Below, piece by piece: positions 16,217-24,655 of a DNA stretch of 55,110 bases; positions within the stretch are counted from its first letter, which is position 1; each line of letters opens with the position of its first letter. The notes below the pieces were generated by a model that saw only the letters and a list, made by a program, of their open reading frames with translations, did not search any database and had not been told where the DNA came from. The translations under genes and the position numbers were made by a program. Location of the stretch: contig CALMEF010000163.1 of assembly GCA_937862825.1 (NCBI GenBank), forward strand, positions 1-55,110. The letters run 5' to 3'. Source of the DNA: an uncultured Armatimonadetes bacterium (GTDB taxonomy: Bacteria > Armatimonadota > Fimbriimonadia > Fimbriimonadales > Fimbriimonadaceae).

Positions 16217-18544
16217 ATGCTCCTTGCTGCGCTGCTTCTCCAATCCACTGTCTTAACCGAAGCGCTGGTGATATCAGGCGTCTCAAGGGGTGGGCGTATT
16301 CCTTTTGGGACGGACGCGGTCCAGGCTCAAATGGCGTCAGGCACTTGGGTTTGGCCAAAGGAGGGAGGCGAAATCAGTTTTGAGGGGAATAGCCGGCAAT
16401 GGCGGAAGATTCAGGCGGGTAACGACGGTTGGCTCCAAGACCGTGCTCTTGGAGGCGGGTATGCAGCCATGACTCACGAGTCGGCTTCAGGAGGGGCGGC
16501 CATTCTGCGAGCTTCCGGGCACAGCCTCGTTTTTGTCAATGGAGAACCCAGAGGCGGTGATCCTTATCAGTATGGTTACGTCGACCTTCCGGTTCGCCTG
16601 AAGCAGGGTACGAACCAGTTCCTGTTCTCGGCTGGACGTGGTCGTTTGCGTGCTGAGATTGTCAATCCTCCGAAGCCGGTGTACTTGAACACAGGCGATC
16701 CGACCCTTCCGGACCTGATACCTTCGGACAAAGAGCCCCTCTGGGGAGCGGTCATTGTCGTCAATGCGACTGACAAGACACTTGCGGACGGAACGATCGA
16801 GGCAACTGTGGGAGGAAAGGCGTTCAAAACGAAAGTGTGGGCTGTTCCCGCCATGTCGTTTCGCAAGGTCGGCTTTCGAATACCGGCTGCGACTTTGCCG
16901 GAAGGGGAACACGACCTGAGAGTTAACCTCATGGGTCAAGACGAGAAGATTGTTAAGATTCGCTCCCGGGCTCAAGGTCAAACTTACCGGCGCACGTTTG
17001 TCAGCCGCATCGATGGCTCTGTCCAGTACTTCGCCGTGGTTCCGCAAACGAATCCCAAACCCGGTTCGGCGCTGGTCATGACTTGCCATGGTGCCAGTGT
17101 AGAAGCCCAAGGCCAGGCGGACGCCTACAAGCCAAAGTCTTGGTGCACTATTGTTGCGCCTACAAATCGGCGTCCATTCGGTTTCGACTGGGAAGAAGTT
17201 GGTCGATTGGACTTTCTTGAAGTCATGGAGGAAGCGAAGCGACTCTTCAAACCTGACGCGAACCGAGTGTTTCTTACCGGCCACTCGATGGGCGGTCATG
17301 GGACCTGGCAGATAGGTGCTCAGCACTCCGATCTCTTCGCGGGGATTGCTCCGAGTGCTGGTTGGATCAGTTTCTATACCTACGCAGGCGGACAGAAGAT
17401 TGCCGAGCCGACTCCCATGGAGGCGATAGTTCAGCGTTCAGCCAATGCCAGCGATACGCTCTATTTGACGAACAACTTCCTGAACTATCCGATTTACATT
17501 TTGCACGGTGATGCCGATGATAATGTTCCTGTCGGTCAGGCCCGCCAAATGAAGCAGGTTCTGGAAGGCATCAAGCACCCTTCAGTTTCCTACCACGAAG
17601 AAAAGGGGGCTGGCCATTGGTGGGGAAATCAGTGTGTGGATTGGCCCGGTATCTTTGAGCTCTTCGAAAAGTCTGTGCGAAAGTCGTTTGATTCGCTTGA
17701 CTTCACGACAGTCTCGCCCAGCGTCTCGGCCTCTCATGCTTGGCTTCAGGTAGTGGCCCAGCAAAAGCGATTTGAACCCAGTCGAGTTCAGTTGAGCGCG
17801 GATCGGGCAGGTCAGAAGATCATCGGGACGACCTCGAACGTCCAGCGCATGACCTTCAATTTGCACGAGGCGCTCGGCAGCGCCCGAAGCAAGGTCATCC
17901 TCAACCTCGATGGCACTGCTCTAGAAGTCTCGAAGGCAAAGGCAATCGTCCTTCAAAAGGGGACTCGTGGGTGGTTTGTCGCCAATGATCTCAGGCTAGA
18001 GCCTGTGCCCTTCAAATCCGTTTTCAATGATCGCTTCTGTCTCGTTTATGGGACTGGTGGCACCGCAGAGGAAAACGCGTGGATGAAGTCCAAGGCAATC
18101 TTCGACGCGGAGACGTTTGGGTATCGTGGAAACGGGTCTGTCGATGTGTATTCGGATTCGGAGTTCAAGGCGGGCGAGCGACGAAACGTCATCCTCTATG
18201 GCAACTCGGACACCAATGGCGCCTGGAAGCGATTGATTTCGCGATCTCCAATCAAAGTCGGTCGAAGTGGCATCCTCGTCGGAACCCGAGCACATTTGGG
18301 ATCTAAAGCCACTCTGTTCCTAACCAGGGCGGACAACGGACAAGGTCTAGTCGCCGTGGTTGGCGGAACCGATCTCGCCGGATATCGACTGACGACGAGA
18401 GTTCCCTATTTCACCAGTGGTGTTCAACTCCCCGATTACGTCATTTTCGGACCAGAGGTGTTCACACAAGGATCAAAGGCGGTGGACGAGGCAGGCTACT
18501 TTGAGCTTGAGGGGCCGCCAATCGACTTCGTTGCGAAGAACTGA
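16217..18544 (+). CDS. Large multidomain alpha/beta-hydrolase (S9 peptidase/esterase-like core)
   Basis: 775 aa. The core has GHSMGGHG (nucleophile elbow), ILHGDADDNVPV and GAGHWW. The roughly 290-aa N-terminal and roughly 280-aa C-terminal regions are unassigned. It starts 1 nt after the ccmB stop. Confidence 0.7.
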   Translation: MLLAALLLQSTVLTEALVISGVSRGGRIPFGTDAVQAQMASGTWVWPKEGGEISFEGNSRQWRKIQAGNDGWLQDRALGGGYAAMTHESASGGAAILRASGHSLVFVNGEPRGGDPYQYGYVDLPVRLKQGTNQFLFSAGRGRLRAEIVNPPKPVYLNTGDPTLPDLIPSDKEPLWGAVIVVNATDKTLADGTIEATVGGKAFKTKVWAVPAMSFRKVGFRIPAATLPEGEHDLRVNLMGQDEKIVKIRSRAQGQTYRRTFVSRIDGSVQYFAVVPQTNPKPGSALVMTCHGASVEAQGQADAYKPKSWCTIVAPTNRRPFGFDWEEVGRLDFLEVMEEAKRLFKPDANRVFLTGHSMGGHGTWQIGAQHSDLFAGIAPSAGWISFYTYAGGQKIAEPTPMEAIVQRSANASDTLYLTNNFLNYPIYILHGDADDNVPVGQARQMKQVLEGIKHPSVSYHEEKGAGHWWGNQCVDWPGIFELFEKSVRKSFDSLDFTTVSPSVSASHAWLQVVAQQKRFEPSRVQLSADRAGQKIIGTTSNVQRMTFNLHEALGSARSKVILNLDGTALEVSKAKAIVLQKGTRGWFVANDLRLEPVPFKSVFNDRFCLVYGTGGTAEENAWMKSKAIFDAETFGYRGNGSVDVYSDSEFKAGERRNVILYGNSDTNGAWKRLISRSPIKVGRSGILVGTRAHLGSKATLFLTRADNGQGLVAVVGGTDLAGYRLTTRVPYFTSGVQLPDYVIFGPEVFTQGSKAVDEAGYFELEGPPIDFVAKN

Positions 18545-18549
18545 TTTGG

Positions 18550-19170
18550 CTACTTGTCCAACGCCTTTAGAAATCGTTGCAATTGGAGCGCACGCTTGTC
18601 TTCCGGGTTCAGTTTCAACGCCTGAGCCAGGTGTTTTCTGGCTTCCTTCTCGTTGTTCAACTGTAACTCGGCAGAAGCCCACTGCGAATGGTATTGGGCG
18701 GCGATTGGCACAAGGTCAACTGCTGTCTTGGCCGAATCTGATGCCAGCACAAAGTTGTTCAGCCGCTCATAGCAGATGGACGCAAGGTACTTTGCCTCAG
18801 CAGCAGTTGCCTTGCCAGCGGGATCGCTGAGCGGAGCATTCGTTGCGGCATACTCAAATCGGTTTGCTGCTCGTTCAAACTCCTCAAGGATAAAGTAGCA
18901 CTTGCCTGCACCGAAGAAGGCCCCGTAAGCCTTAGGATCGAAGGCAGCCATGCCTTCAAACTGCATAGAAGCGAGTCGTAAGTTCTTCTTCTCGTCGGCA
19001 GTGAGCGTTTCGCCAGAGTCGAATCGGACAAATGCCTCTTCGGAGAGTTTCTTGGCCTTTCTCGAAACATCGCCCATTTCCGCTCCGCTGCGGATGAGGG
19101 GGACATCATCGCCTCCGGACGAACAACCGCCCAAGAGAATCCCAACGATGAGTAGGCTAAGCGCTCGCAA
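18550..19170 (-). CDS. TPR-repeat lipoprotein
   Basis: Signal peptide plus lipobox (ILLGGCSS), followed by TPR-like helical repeats. It overlaps the leuS 3' end by 14 nt. Confidence 0.7.
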   Translation of the reverse strand: MRALSLLIVGILLGGCSSGGDDVPLIRSGAEMGDVSRKAKKLSEEAFVRFDSGETLTADEKKNLRLASMQFEGMAAFDPKAYGAFFGAGKCYFILEEFERAANRFEYAATNAPLSDPAGKATAAEAKYLASICYERLNNFVLASDSAKTAVDLVPIAAQYHSQWASAELQLNNEKEARKHLAQALKLNPEDKRALQLQRFLKALDK

Positions 19171-21808
19171 CGATGTTCACCAATTTGCCTGGGACAACAA
19201 TGACTTTACGGATGGTCAGTCCGGCCAGGTGTCCCTGCACTTTTTCAGACGCCATCGCATGGACTTCAAGAGCAGAATTGTCCAATCCCGCCGGAACCAT
19301 GAGCGTATCTCGTAGCTTGCCGTTGACCTGAACCGCGATGGTCACTTCGTCTTCGGCAGACAATGCCGCGTCGAACGCGGGCCAGTCCGCCAGGTAAGTG
19401 AATCCGATGTTTCCAACCGACTCCCACAACTCGTCTGCGGAATGCGGAGCAGCAGGCGCGATGAGGAGAATTAGATTTTCGATTGCCTCACTCGCTGCAA
19501 GTTTTTGAGCGCGAGTCTCTATCGACTTTATGTCAGTCAACTTGTTGACGTAGATCATCATTGCCGAGATGTACGTGTTAAATGCGAACCTCTCTATGTC
19601 GTCTGTCGCCTTGGCAATGGCCTGGTGAGTTGCTCGCCGGATGGCTTTGCTTGTTTCATCTGGCTCAGTCGTGCCAATGTGTGTCTTCCAGGAATTGTCA
19701 TAGTGTGCCCTCCACTCGTCAACGAGTCTGAAGATCTTGCCCAAGAACCTGACTGCACCTTGCATCCCGGCATTGTCCCACTGCACATCTTGTTCAAAGG
19801 GTGCAACGAACAATTCATAGATTCGAAGGGCGTCTGCGCCAAACTGCTCGACCGCCTCGTCGGGTGTGACCACGTTGCCCTTGGACTTGCTCATCCGGGC
19901 CCAGCGCCAGATCAAATCGTCTTCTGGCAGATCAGCGGCTTCGGCGAACGAGACGAGGATGCCGTCCTCGCCCAACTCTAACTTTTCGCCTTCACGCGGC
20001 TTTCGATAGGGAGTCTTGGCAAGGACTTGGCCCTGGTTGTGGAGTTTCTGAAACGGCTCGTCAACGGGGCAGAGGCCCGCGTCATAAAGCACCTTGGTCC
20101 AAAACCGGGCGTAAAGAAGATGGAGTACAGCATGTTCTGCGCCGCCGACGTAGCAATCTACGGGCATCCAATACTTCACCCGATCAAAGTCGAAAGCCTT
20201 GGCGTCGTTGTGGGGATCGCAGAATCTGAGGAAGTACCATGAAGAGCAGGCGAACCCACCCATCGTATCAGTCTCTCTTCGACCCAATCTCCCATCACGG
20301 TCGGTGGTGTTGACGAAGTCAGGAATGGCCGCCAAGGGGCTCGAACCGTCACCGGTTGGTGCGTAGTTCTCAACGTCAGGCAGATAGACCGGCAAGGCGT
20401 CGTCGGGAACGGTCTGCATTTCACCGTCGGCCGTGTGAATGATCGGGATAGGACACCCCCAATATCGTTGGCGACTGATCAACCAATCTCGCAGTCGATA
20501 TTGGACTTTCCGTTCGCCAATGCCGTTTGCCTCAATCCATTTCCCAAGCGAATCTTGGGCTTCAGCGACTGGCATTCCGCTGTACTCACCCGAGTTCACC
20601 AGGATTCCATCCTTGGCTTCAAAGGGAAGGTCGACAGATGATTCATCACTGGGTGCGATGACCTGAGGGATCTCGATTCCGAACTTCTTGGCGAACTCAA
20701 AGTCGCGACCGTCGTGCCCGGGAACGGCCATGATTGCGCCAGTCCCATAAGTGGCCAAAACGTAATCCGCAACCCAGATTGGAACCTTGGCCCCATTTAG
20801 GGGATTGATGGCATACGCGCCGGAGAAAACCCCCGTTTTTTCGCGACTTTCCGCTTGCCGGTCGATGTCCGACATAGTTGCGGCGACCTTCACGTACTCT
20901 CGAACTGCTTCCGCCTGCGCCTGCTCAACTCGCGAGAGGATCAGGTCCATCAGCGGATGTTCGGGTGCGATCACCGCAAAGGTGACGCCAAAGACCGTGT
21001 CAATGCGGGTCGTGAAGACCCGCAACATTGGCGTGCGGTCCCCTGAAAGAACCTCAAAGCCATTTTCGTCGGGCCCCGATGAAGTTTCTCCATCAAAGAC
21101 CACCTTCATGGAGAACTCAACGCCCTCAGACCTTCCAATCCAGTTGCGTTGGAGTGCCTTGATCCCCTCTGGCCAGTCGATCGTGTCCAGCCCATCAATC
21201 AATCGCTGCGCATAGTCGGTGATCTTGAAGTACCACTGCGGGATAGCCTTCTTTTCTACTAGAGTGCCACAACGCTCACACCTTCCCGCGACGACTTCTT
21301 CGTTGGCGAGTGCAGTCTTGTCCTTCGGGCACCAGTTGACATCCGCCAGGCGCCGATAGGCCAAACCACGCTCGTAGAGGAGTTTGAAAATCGACTGAGT
21401 CCAGCGATAGTAGTCCGGATGTGAACTGTTGACCGCTCGGGACCAATCGTATGAGATTCCGACCAAATCCATTTGTCGGCGGTAGTTCGCGGCATACCGA
21501 TCGATCATGGGGCCGGGATGAACTTTGTTTTTGATCGCTTCGTTTTCCGCAGGCAATCCGAAGGCATCGAATCCCATAGGATGCAACACGTTGTAGCCCT
21601 GCATCATTTTGAACCGACAGATGACATCCGTGGGCACGTAGTTCCGGCAATGGCCAACGCTTAGCCCAGCACCGCTAGGAAAGGGAAAGAAGTCCAGACC
21701 GTAGAACTTGGGCCTGCCGTCGTCCTCACGTGTGCGGAACAACTCCGCTTCTTGCCACCGCGCTCGCCATTTGGCCTCAAATGTGGCGGGTTCGTATCGG
21801 TCGGGCAT
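19157..21808 (-). CDS. leuS: Leucine--tRNA ligase
   Basis: 883 aa. It has the class I HIGH variant (PFPSGAGLSVGHCRNY), KMSKSKGN, and bacterial LeuS sequence throughout. Confidence 0.97.
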   Translation of the reverse strand: MPDRYEPATFEAKWRARWQEAELFRTREDDGRPKFYGLDFFPFPSGAGLSVGHCRNYVPTDVICRFKMMQGYNVLHPMGFDAFGLPAENEAIKNKVHPGPMIDRYAANYRRQMDLVGISYDWSRAVNSSHPDYYRWTQSIFKLLYERGLAYRRLADVNWCPKDKTALANEEVVAGRCERCGTLVEKKAIPQWYFKITDYAQRLIDGLDTIDWPEGIKALQRNWIGRSEGVEFSMKVVFDGETSSGPDENGFEVLSGDRTPMLRVFTTRIDTVFGVTFAVIAPEHPLMDLILSRVEQAQAEAVREYVKVAATMSDIDRQAESREKTGVFSGAYAINPLNGAKVPIWVADYVLATYGTGAIMAVPGHDGRDFEFAKKFGIEIPQVIAPSDESSVDLPFEAKDGILVNSGEYSGMPVAEAQDSLGKWIEANGIGERKVQYRLRDWLISRQRYWGCPIPIIHTADGEMQTVPDDALPVYLPDVENYAPTGDGSSPLAAIPDFVNTTDRDGRLGRRETDTMGGFACSSWYFLRFCDPHNDAKAFDFDRVKYWMPVDCYVGGAEHAVLHLLYARFWTKVLYDAGLCPVDEPFQKLHNQGQVLAKTPYRKPREGEKLELGEDGILVSFAEAADLPEDDLIWRWARMSKSKGNVVTPDEAVEQFGADALRIYELFVAPFEQDVQWDNAGMQGAVRFLGKIFRLVDEWRAHYDNSWKTHIGTTEPDETSKAIRRATHQAIAKATDDIERFAFNTYISAMMIYVNKLTDIKSIETRAQKLAASEAIENLILLIAPAAPHSADELWESVGNIGFTYLADWPAFDAALSAEDEVTIAVQVNGKLRDTLMVPAGLDNSALEVHAMASEKVQGHLAGLTIRKVIVVPGKLVNIVASA

Positions 21809-21923
21809 AGCAAGAGTTTACTTTGGAGGCTCTATCCACATTGGGTGTGAATAAGTTGCTGTAAAATTTGCGAGTCAAAGGAAACGTTTTGACCGTCCAT
21901 CAAGATAACCTATTAGGAGCCCC

Positions 21924-22295
21924 ATGCTGAGGATCGTCGGAGTCCAACGAAACGAATCCCCTGAGCGAGAGTTCATCCTGCTTCAGAACCAGGGGTCTAT
22001 GCGGGTGAATCTTCGTGGTCACGTGCTTATGAGCGAACAGGCACTCGACTCTGGCTCTCTTTATGCGACGTCGCACGTATTCCAAGATGACGTCCACATC
22101 ATGCCCTCCGCCTATGTACTCCTGTTTACCGGCTGTGGTGAATCACGTTGGACTCGGTCCAAGGAAGGTAGCAACGTCTACCAAGCCTATATGGGCCAAG
22201 ATCGAACCATTTGGAGTCGATTAGAGGGTGCCATCCACATCATGCATGCGCATCACGTTTTTGTTGAGCGCGATCACCTGATCATGCGACGATAG
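21924..22295 (+). CDS. Small cytoplasmic lamin-tail-domain (LTD)-like protein
   Basis: 123 aa with an AGGAG SD. EREFILLQNQGSMRVNLRGHVL...HVF.....IMPSAYVLLFTG follows the LTD pattern (EFVEL.N.G...v.LsGw.L). Confidence 0.5.
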   Translation: MLRIVGVQRNESPEREFILLQNQGSMRVNLRGHVLMSEQALDSGSLYATSHVFQDDVHIMPSAYVLLFTGCGESRWTRSKEGSNVYQAYMGQDRTIWSRLEGAIHIMHAHHVFVERDHLIMRR

Positions 22296-22296
22296 G

Positions 22297-22467
22297 CTAC
22301 TTTCGCGGCCAGAGCACAATTGCCAGCCCCACAATCACTCCGAAAATCACCGGCACCGCCGGATACTTGCGGTTGACTCACGTTGAGCCGATGCAGCGCA
22401 TGAGCACATGATAACCGTAACCCAGACCACCCCCCAGCAGTGCGGCGAGTGTTGCTTTCAAGATCAT
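22297..22467 (-). CDS. 56-codon two-helix membrane ORF interrupted only by an in-frame TGA (candidate selenoprotein, or a 29-aa peptide/pseudogene)
   Basis: ATG at 22467 gives MILKATLAALLGGGLGYGYHVLMRCIGST, then TGA at 22378-22380. The same frame continues VNRKYPAVPVIFGVIVGLAIVLWPRK to TAG at 22297-22299. It starts 19 nt downstream of the mqnE-like stop on the same strand. Confidence 0.35.
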
Positions 22468-22486
22468 AATGGCTTCTACGGAAATT

Positions 22487-23644
22487 CTAACGTGCCATTG
22501 GCAGAGCGGTAAAGCGTCGTTCCACTTCGTGCTCATCCTCGGAGACAATCTCGCGATACAGCGAATCTCGCTCGATTGGAACGCGACCCGCCTCGCGGAT
22601 CATTTTGATCATGTTGGACCGGTTCAGAACTTGTGACTTGTTGCCGAAATCGTCGTCGTTGTAGGTGATCTCATACTCGTGCACGGTTCCGTCGACGTCG
22701 TCTGCACCGTACCAAACTGCGGCTTGAGTAACCGGAGCCGTGTTCATGATCCAGAAACTCTTGATGTGATCAAAGTTGTCCAGCATCAGGCGGGAGACGG
22801 CGATATTTCGAAGATCGGTGTCTGCGGTTGGGTGCTCGATGTGTTCGAGTTCTGTGCCTTCTGGGTGGAAGCATAAAGGCGTCATCGTTAGAAAGTGGCC
22901 GGTCTCATCTTGCAGTTCGCGAAGTTGAATGAGGTGATCCACTCGCTCTTCAATCGTCTCGACGTGTCCGTAGAGCATCGTGGCGTACTGCTTGAGTCCG
23001 AGTTTGGCGGCGATTCTTGCAACCATCAACCACTCCTCCCCTCTTAGTTTGCGACCAAAGAGTTCTTGGTGAACCCGGTCGCTCAGGACTTCGATGCCAC
23101 CACCAGGCAGGGAATCCAGGCCCGCTTCAATCAGGTCTGCCAACGCCTGCTCAATCGTTACCTTGCCAACTCGAGCAATTTCGACGATTTCGACTGCGGT
23201 GAATGCTTTGACATGAACCCCTGGGCGTGATTCCTTCACGGTTCGAACCAAGTCCATGTAGTAGGAGTAAGGCAATCTTGGGTTTATTCCGCCGACCATG
23301 TGGACTTCGGTAATTGGCACGTCTCGATGCCATTCCAAGCGTCGCTTGACCTCGTCCATGCTGTACTCGTACGGATCTGGTCCGCCCTTCTTGGCATAAA
23401 AAGAGCAGAACTTGCAGAACTTGTTGCAGATGTTCGTGTAGTTGATGTGTTGGTTGCGAACGTAGTAGGTCTTGTCTCCGTGCAACCGCTCACGAACGAT
23501 GTTTGCCAGGTAGCCGACGCCGGTCAGGTTCTTTGATTCGTAGAGTCTGACGCCATCCTCGAAGGAGAGGCGCTTGCCTGCAATGACCTTTTCGTAGATG
23601 TCCTGTAGTTCAGGTCCGACGACTCTCTCTGGCGCAATGGGCAT
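22487..23644 (-). CDS. mqnE: Futalosine-pathway radical SAM enzyme, aminofutalosine synthase MqnE-like (MqnC not excluded)
   Basis: IYEKVIAGKRLSFEDGVRLYES...YYVRNQHINYTNICNKFCKFCSFYAKKG (CxxxCxxC), VHMVGGINP, and YATMLYGHVE. I prefer ATG 23644 (AAGGGAAG SD) over the track GTG 23686. Confidence 0.8.
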   Translation of the reverse strand: MPIAPERVVGPELQDIYEKVIAGKRLSFEDGVRLYESKNLTGVGYLANIVRERLHGDKTYYVRNQHINYTNICNKFCKFCSFYAKKGGPDPYEYSMDEVKRRLEWHRDVPITEVHMVGGINPRLPYSYYMDLVRTVKESRPGVHVKAFTAVEIVEIARVGKVTIEQALADLIEAGLDSLPGGGIEVLSDRVHQELFGRKLRGEEWLMVARIAAKLGLKQYATMLYGHVETIEERVDHLIQLRELQDETGHFLTMTPLCFHPEGTELEHIEHPTADTDLRNIAVSRLMLDNFDHIKSFWIMNTAPVTQAAVWYGADDVDGTVHEYEITYNDDDFGNKSQVLNRSNMIKMIREAGRVPIERDSLYREIVSEDEHEVERRFTALPMAR

Positions 23645-23718
23645 GATTACTTCCCTTAGAATACCTTCTACGCGTCGAACTTTCACTGAGTTCTGAAAAC
23701 TGGGGAACCTTGAGTGTC

Positions 23719-23747
23719 AGAAAGCGAAAATTGTAGGTTGACAAAAA
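23719..23747 (-). promoter_or_regulatory. Copy 2 of the recurrent motif TTTTTGTCAACC-N4-ATTT-N6-TCT, upstream of the mqnE-like gene
   Basis: The minus strand reads CATTTTTGTCAACCTACAATTTTCGCTTTCT, about 75-100 nt upstream of ATG 23644. It contains TACAAT. Confidence 0.3.
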
Positions 23748-23768
23748 TGCCCCTCACGGGAGTAAGGG
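23743..23768 (-). terminator. Intrinsic terminator after nuoK
   Basis: Minus-strand CCCUUAC (23768-23762), loop UCCC, GUGAGGG (23757-23751), then GCAUUUUU. It lies 28 nt after the nuoK TAA. Confidence 0.6.
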
Positions 23769-23795
23769 TGTGAAACTGCGTAACAAGGAGAGCGA

Positions 23796-24131
23796 TTATC
23801 CCTTCAGAAGGTTCATCTCATCGATATCCACGTTGTCGCGGAGACGGAAGATCGCCATGATGATTCCCAAACCTACAGCGACCTCGGCGGCGGCAACGGC
23901 CATCACGAAGATCACCATCATCTGCCCGGACATCCAACTGTCGGGAAGGCCGCCGATGGGCAGTGGGGTGGGTTGGTAACGGGCGAACGCAAGGAAGGTC
24001 AGGTTTACGGCATTGAGCATTAACTCGATGCACATGAAGATGACGATGGGATTACGGCGAACAACAACCCCAACTGCACCGACGGTGAACATCAGCAGTC
24101 CGAGTCCAAGGTACCAGTAGAGCGGAATCAT
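23796..24131 (-). CDS. nuoK: NADH-quinone oxidoreductase subunit K
   Basis: 111 aa. [27 protein letters not shown] and [12 protein letters not shown] match NuoK. The loop between helices 2 and 3 is about 11 aa longer than in E. coli NuoK. Confidence 0.92.
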   Translation of the reverse strand: MIPLYWYLGLGLLMFTVGAVGVVVRRNPIVIFMCIELMLNAVNLTFLAFARYQPTPLPIGGLPDSWMSGQMMVIFVMAVAAAEVAVGLGIIMAIFRLRDNVDIDEMNLLKG

Positions 24132-24655
24132 ACTTTCCTCTTCGCGAGCATGATTGATCCAACGACGCCGATGAGTAGCAGAATGGACGCCACTTCAAAG
24201 GGCCAGACATACGTTGTGAACAACGCGCGGCCTATCATCTCTGGTCCACCAAAGTCGTTTGCGGCTTTTGCGGTTGTGATCGTGTTGAGCGGCAGGATCA
24301 CTTGGGCACCGATGACGTAGAGCAGGAGTGCCCCAAAGCCAAATCCGAGCACGCGTTTGACGTCAAACTTCTCTTTCATCATCTTCACGCCGCCAAGGTT
24401 GAGGAGCATGAGAACGAACAGGAACAGCACCATGATGGCCCCGGTGTACACCACCACTTGAGTGATGCCAAGCAGTTCCGCGTTCAGCGTGAAGTATAGA
24501 AAGGCAAGCGTAAAGAAGTTGCCTACCAAGCAAAGCGCAGAGCGGACCGGGTCGTTGAAAGCGACCACGCCGACCGCGGTTGCGGCGGCGATGCCTGCCA
24601 AGGCCAAGAAGAGGAAATGCGCTGGAGTGAATGATTGGATCATCTCGAGGTTCAT
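24128..24655 (-). CDS. nuoJ: NADH-quinone oxidoreductase subunit J
   Basis: 175 aa with a NuoJ-type pattern (NPV.SAL.LV..F...A.LY..L.AEFLG..QV+[12 protein letters not shown]+M). It has a 4-nt overlap with both neighbours. Confidence 0.9.
   Translation of the reverse strand: MNLEMIQSFTPAHFLFLALAGIAAATAVGVVAFNDPVRSALCLVGNFFTLAFLYFTLNAELLGITQVVVYTGAIMVLFLFVLMLLNLGGVKMMKEKFDVKRVLGFGFGALLLYVIGAQVILPLNTITTAKAANDFGGPEMIGRALFTTYVWPFEVASILLLIGVVGSIMLAKRKV

Noticed and set aside
23796-24131. The 11-aa longer loop in NuoK as a functional insertion
   Set aside because: The loop between helices 2 and 3 is variable across NuoK/Nqo11 homologues, and the conserved Glu-bearing helices are intact. It is not distinctive enough to flag on its own.
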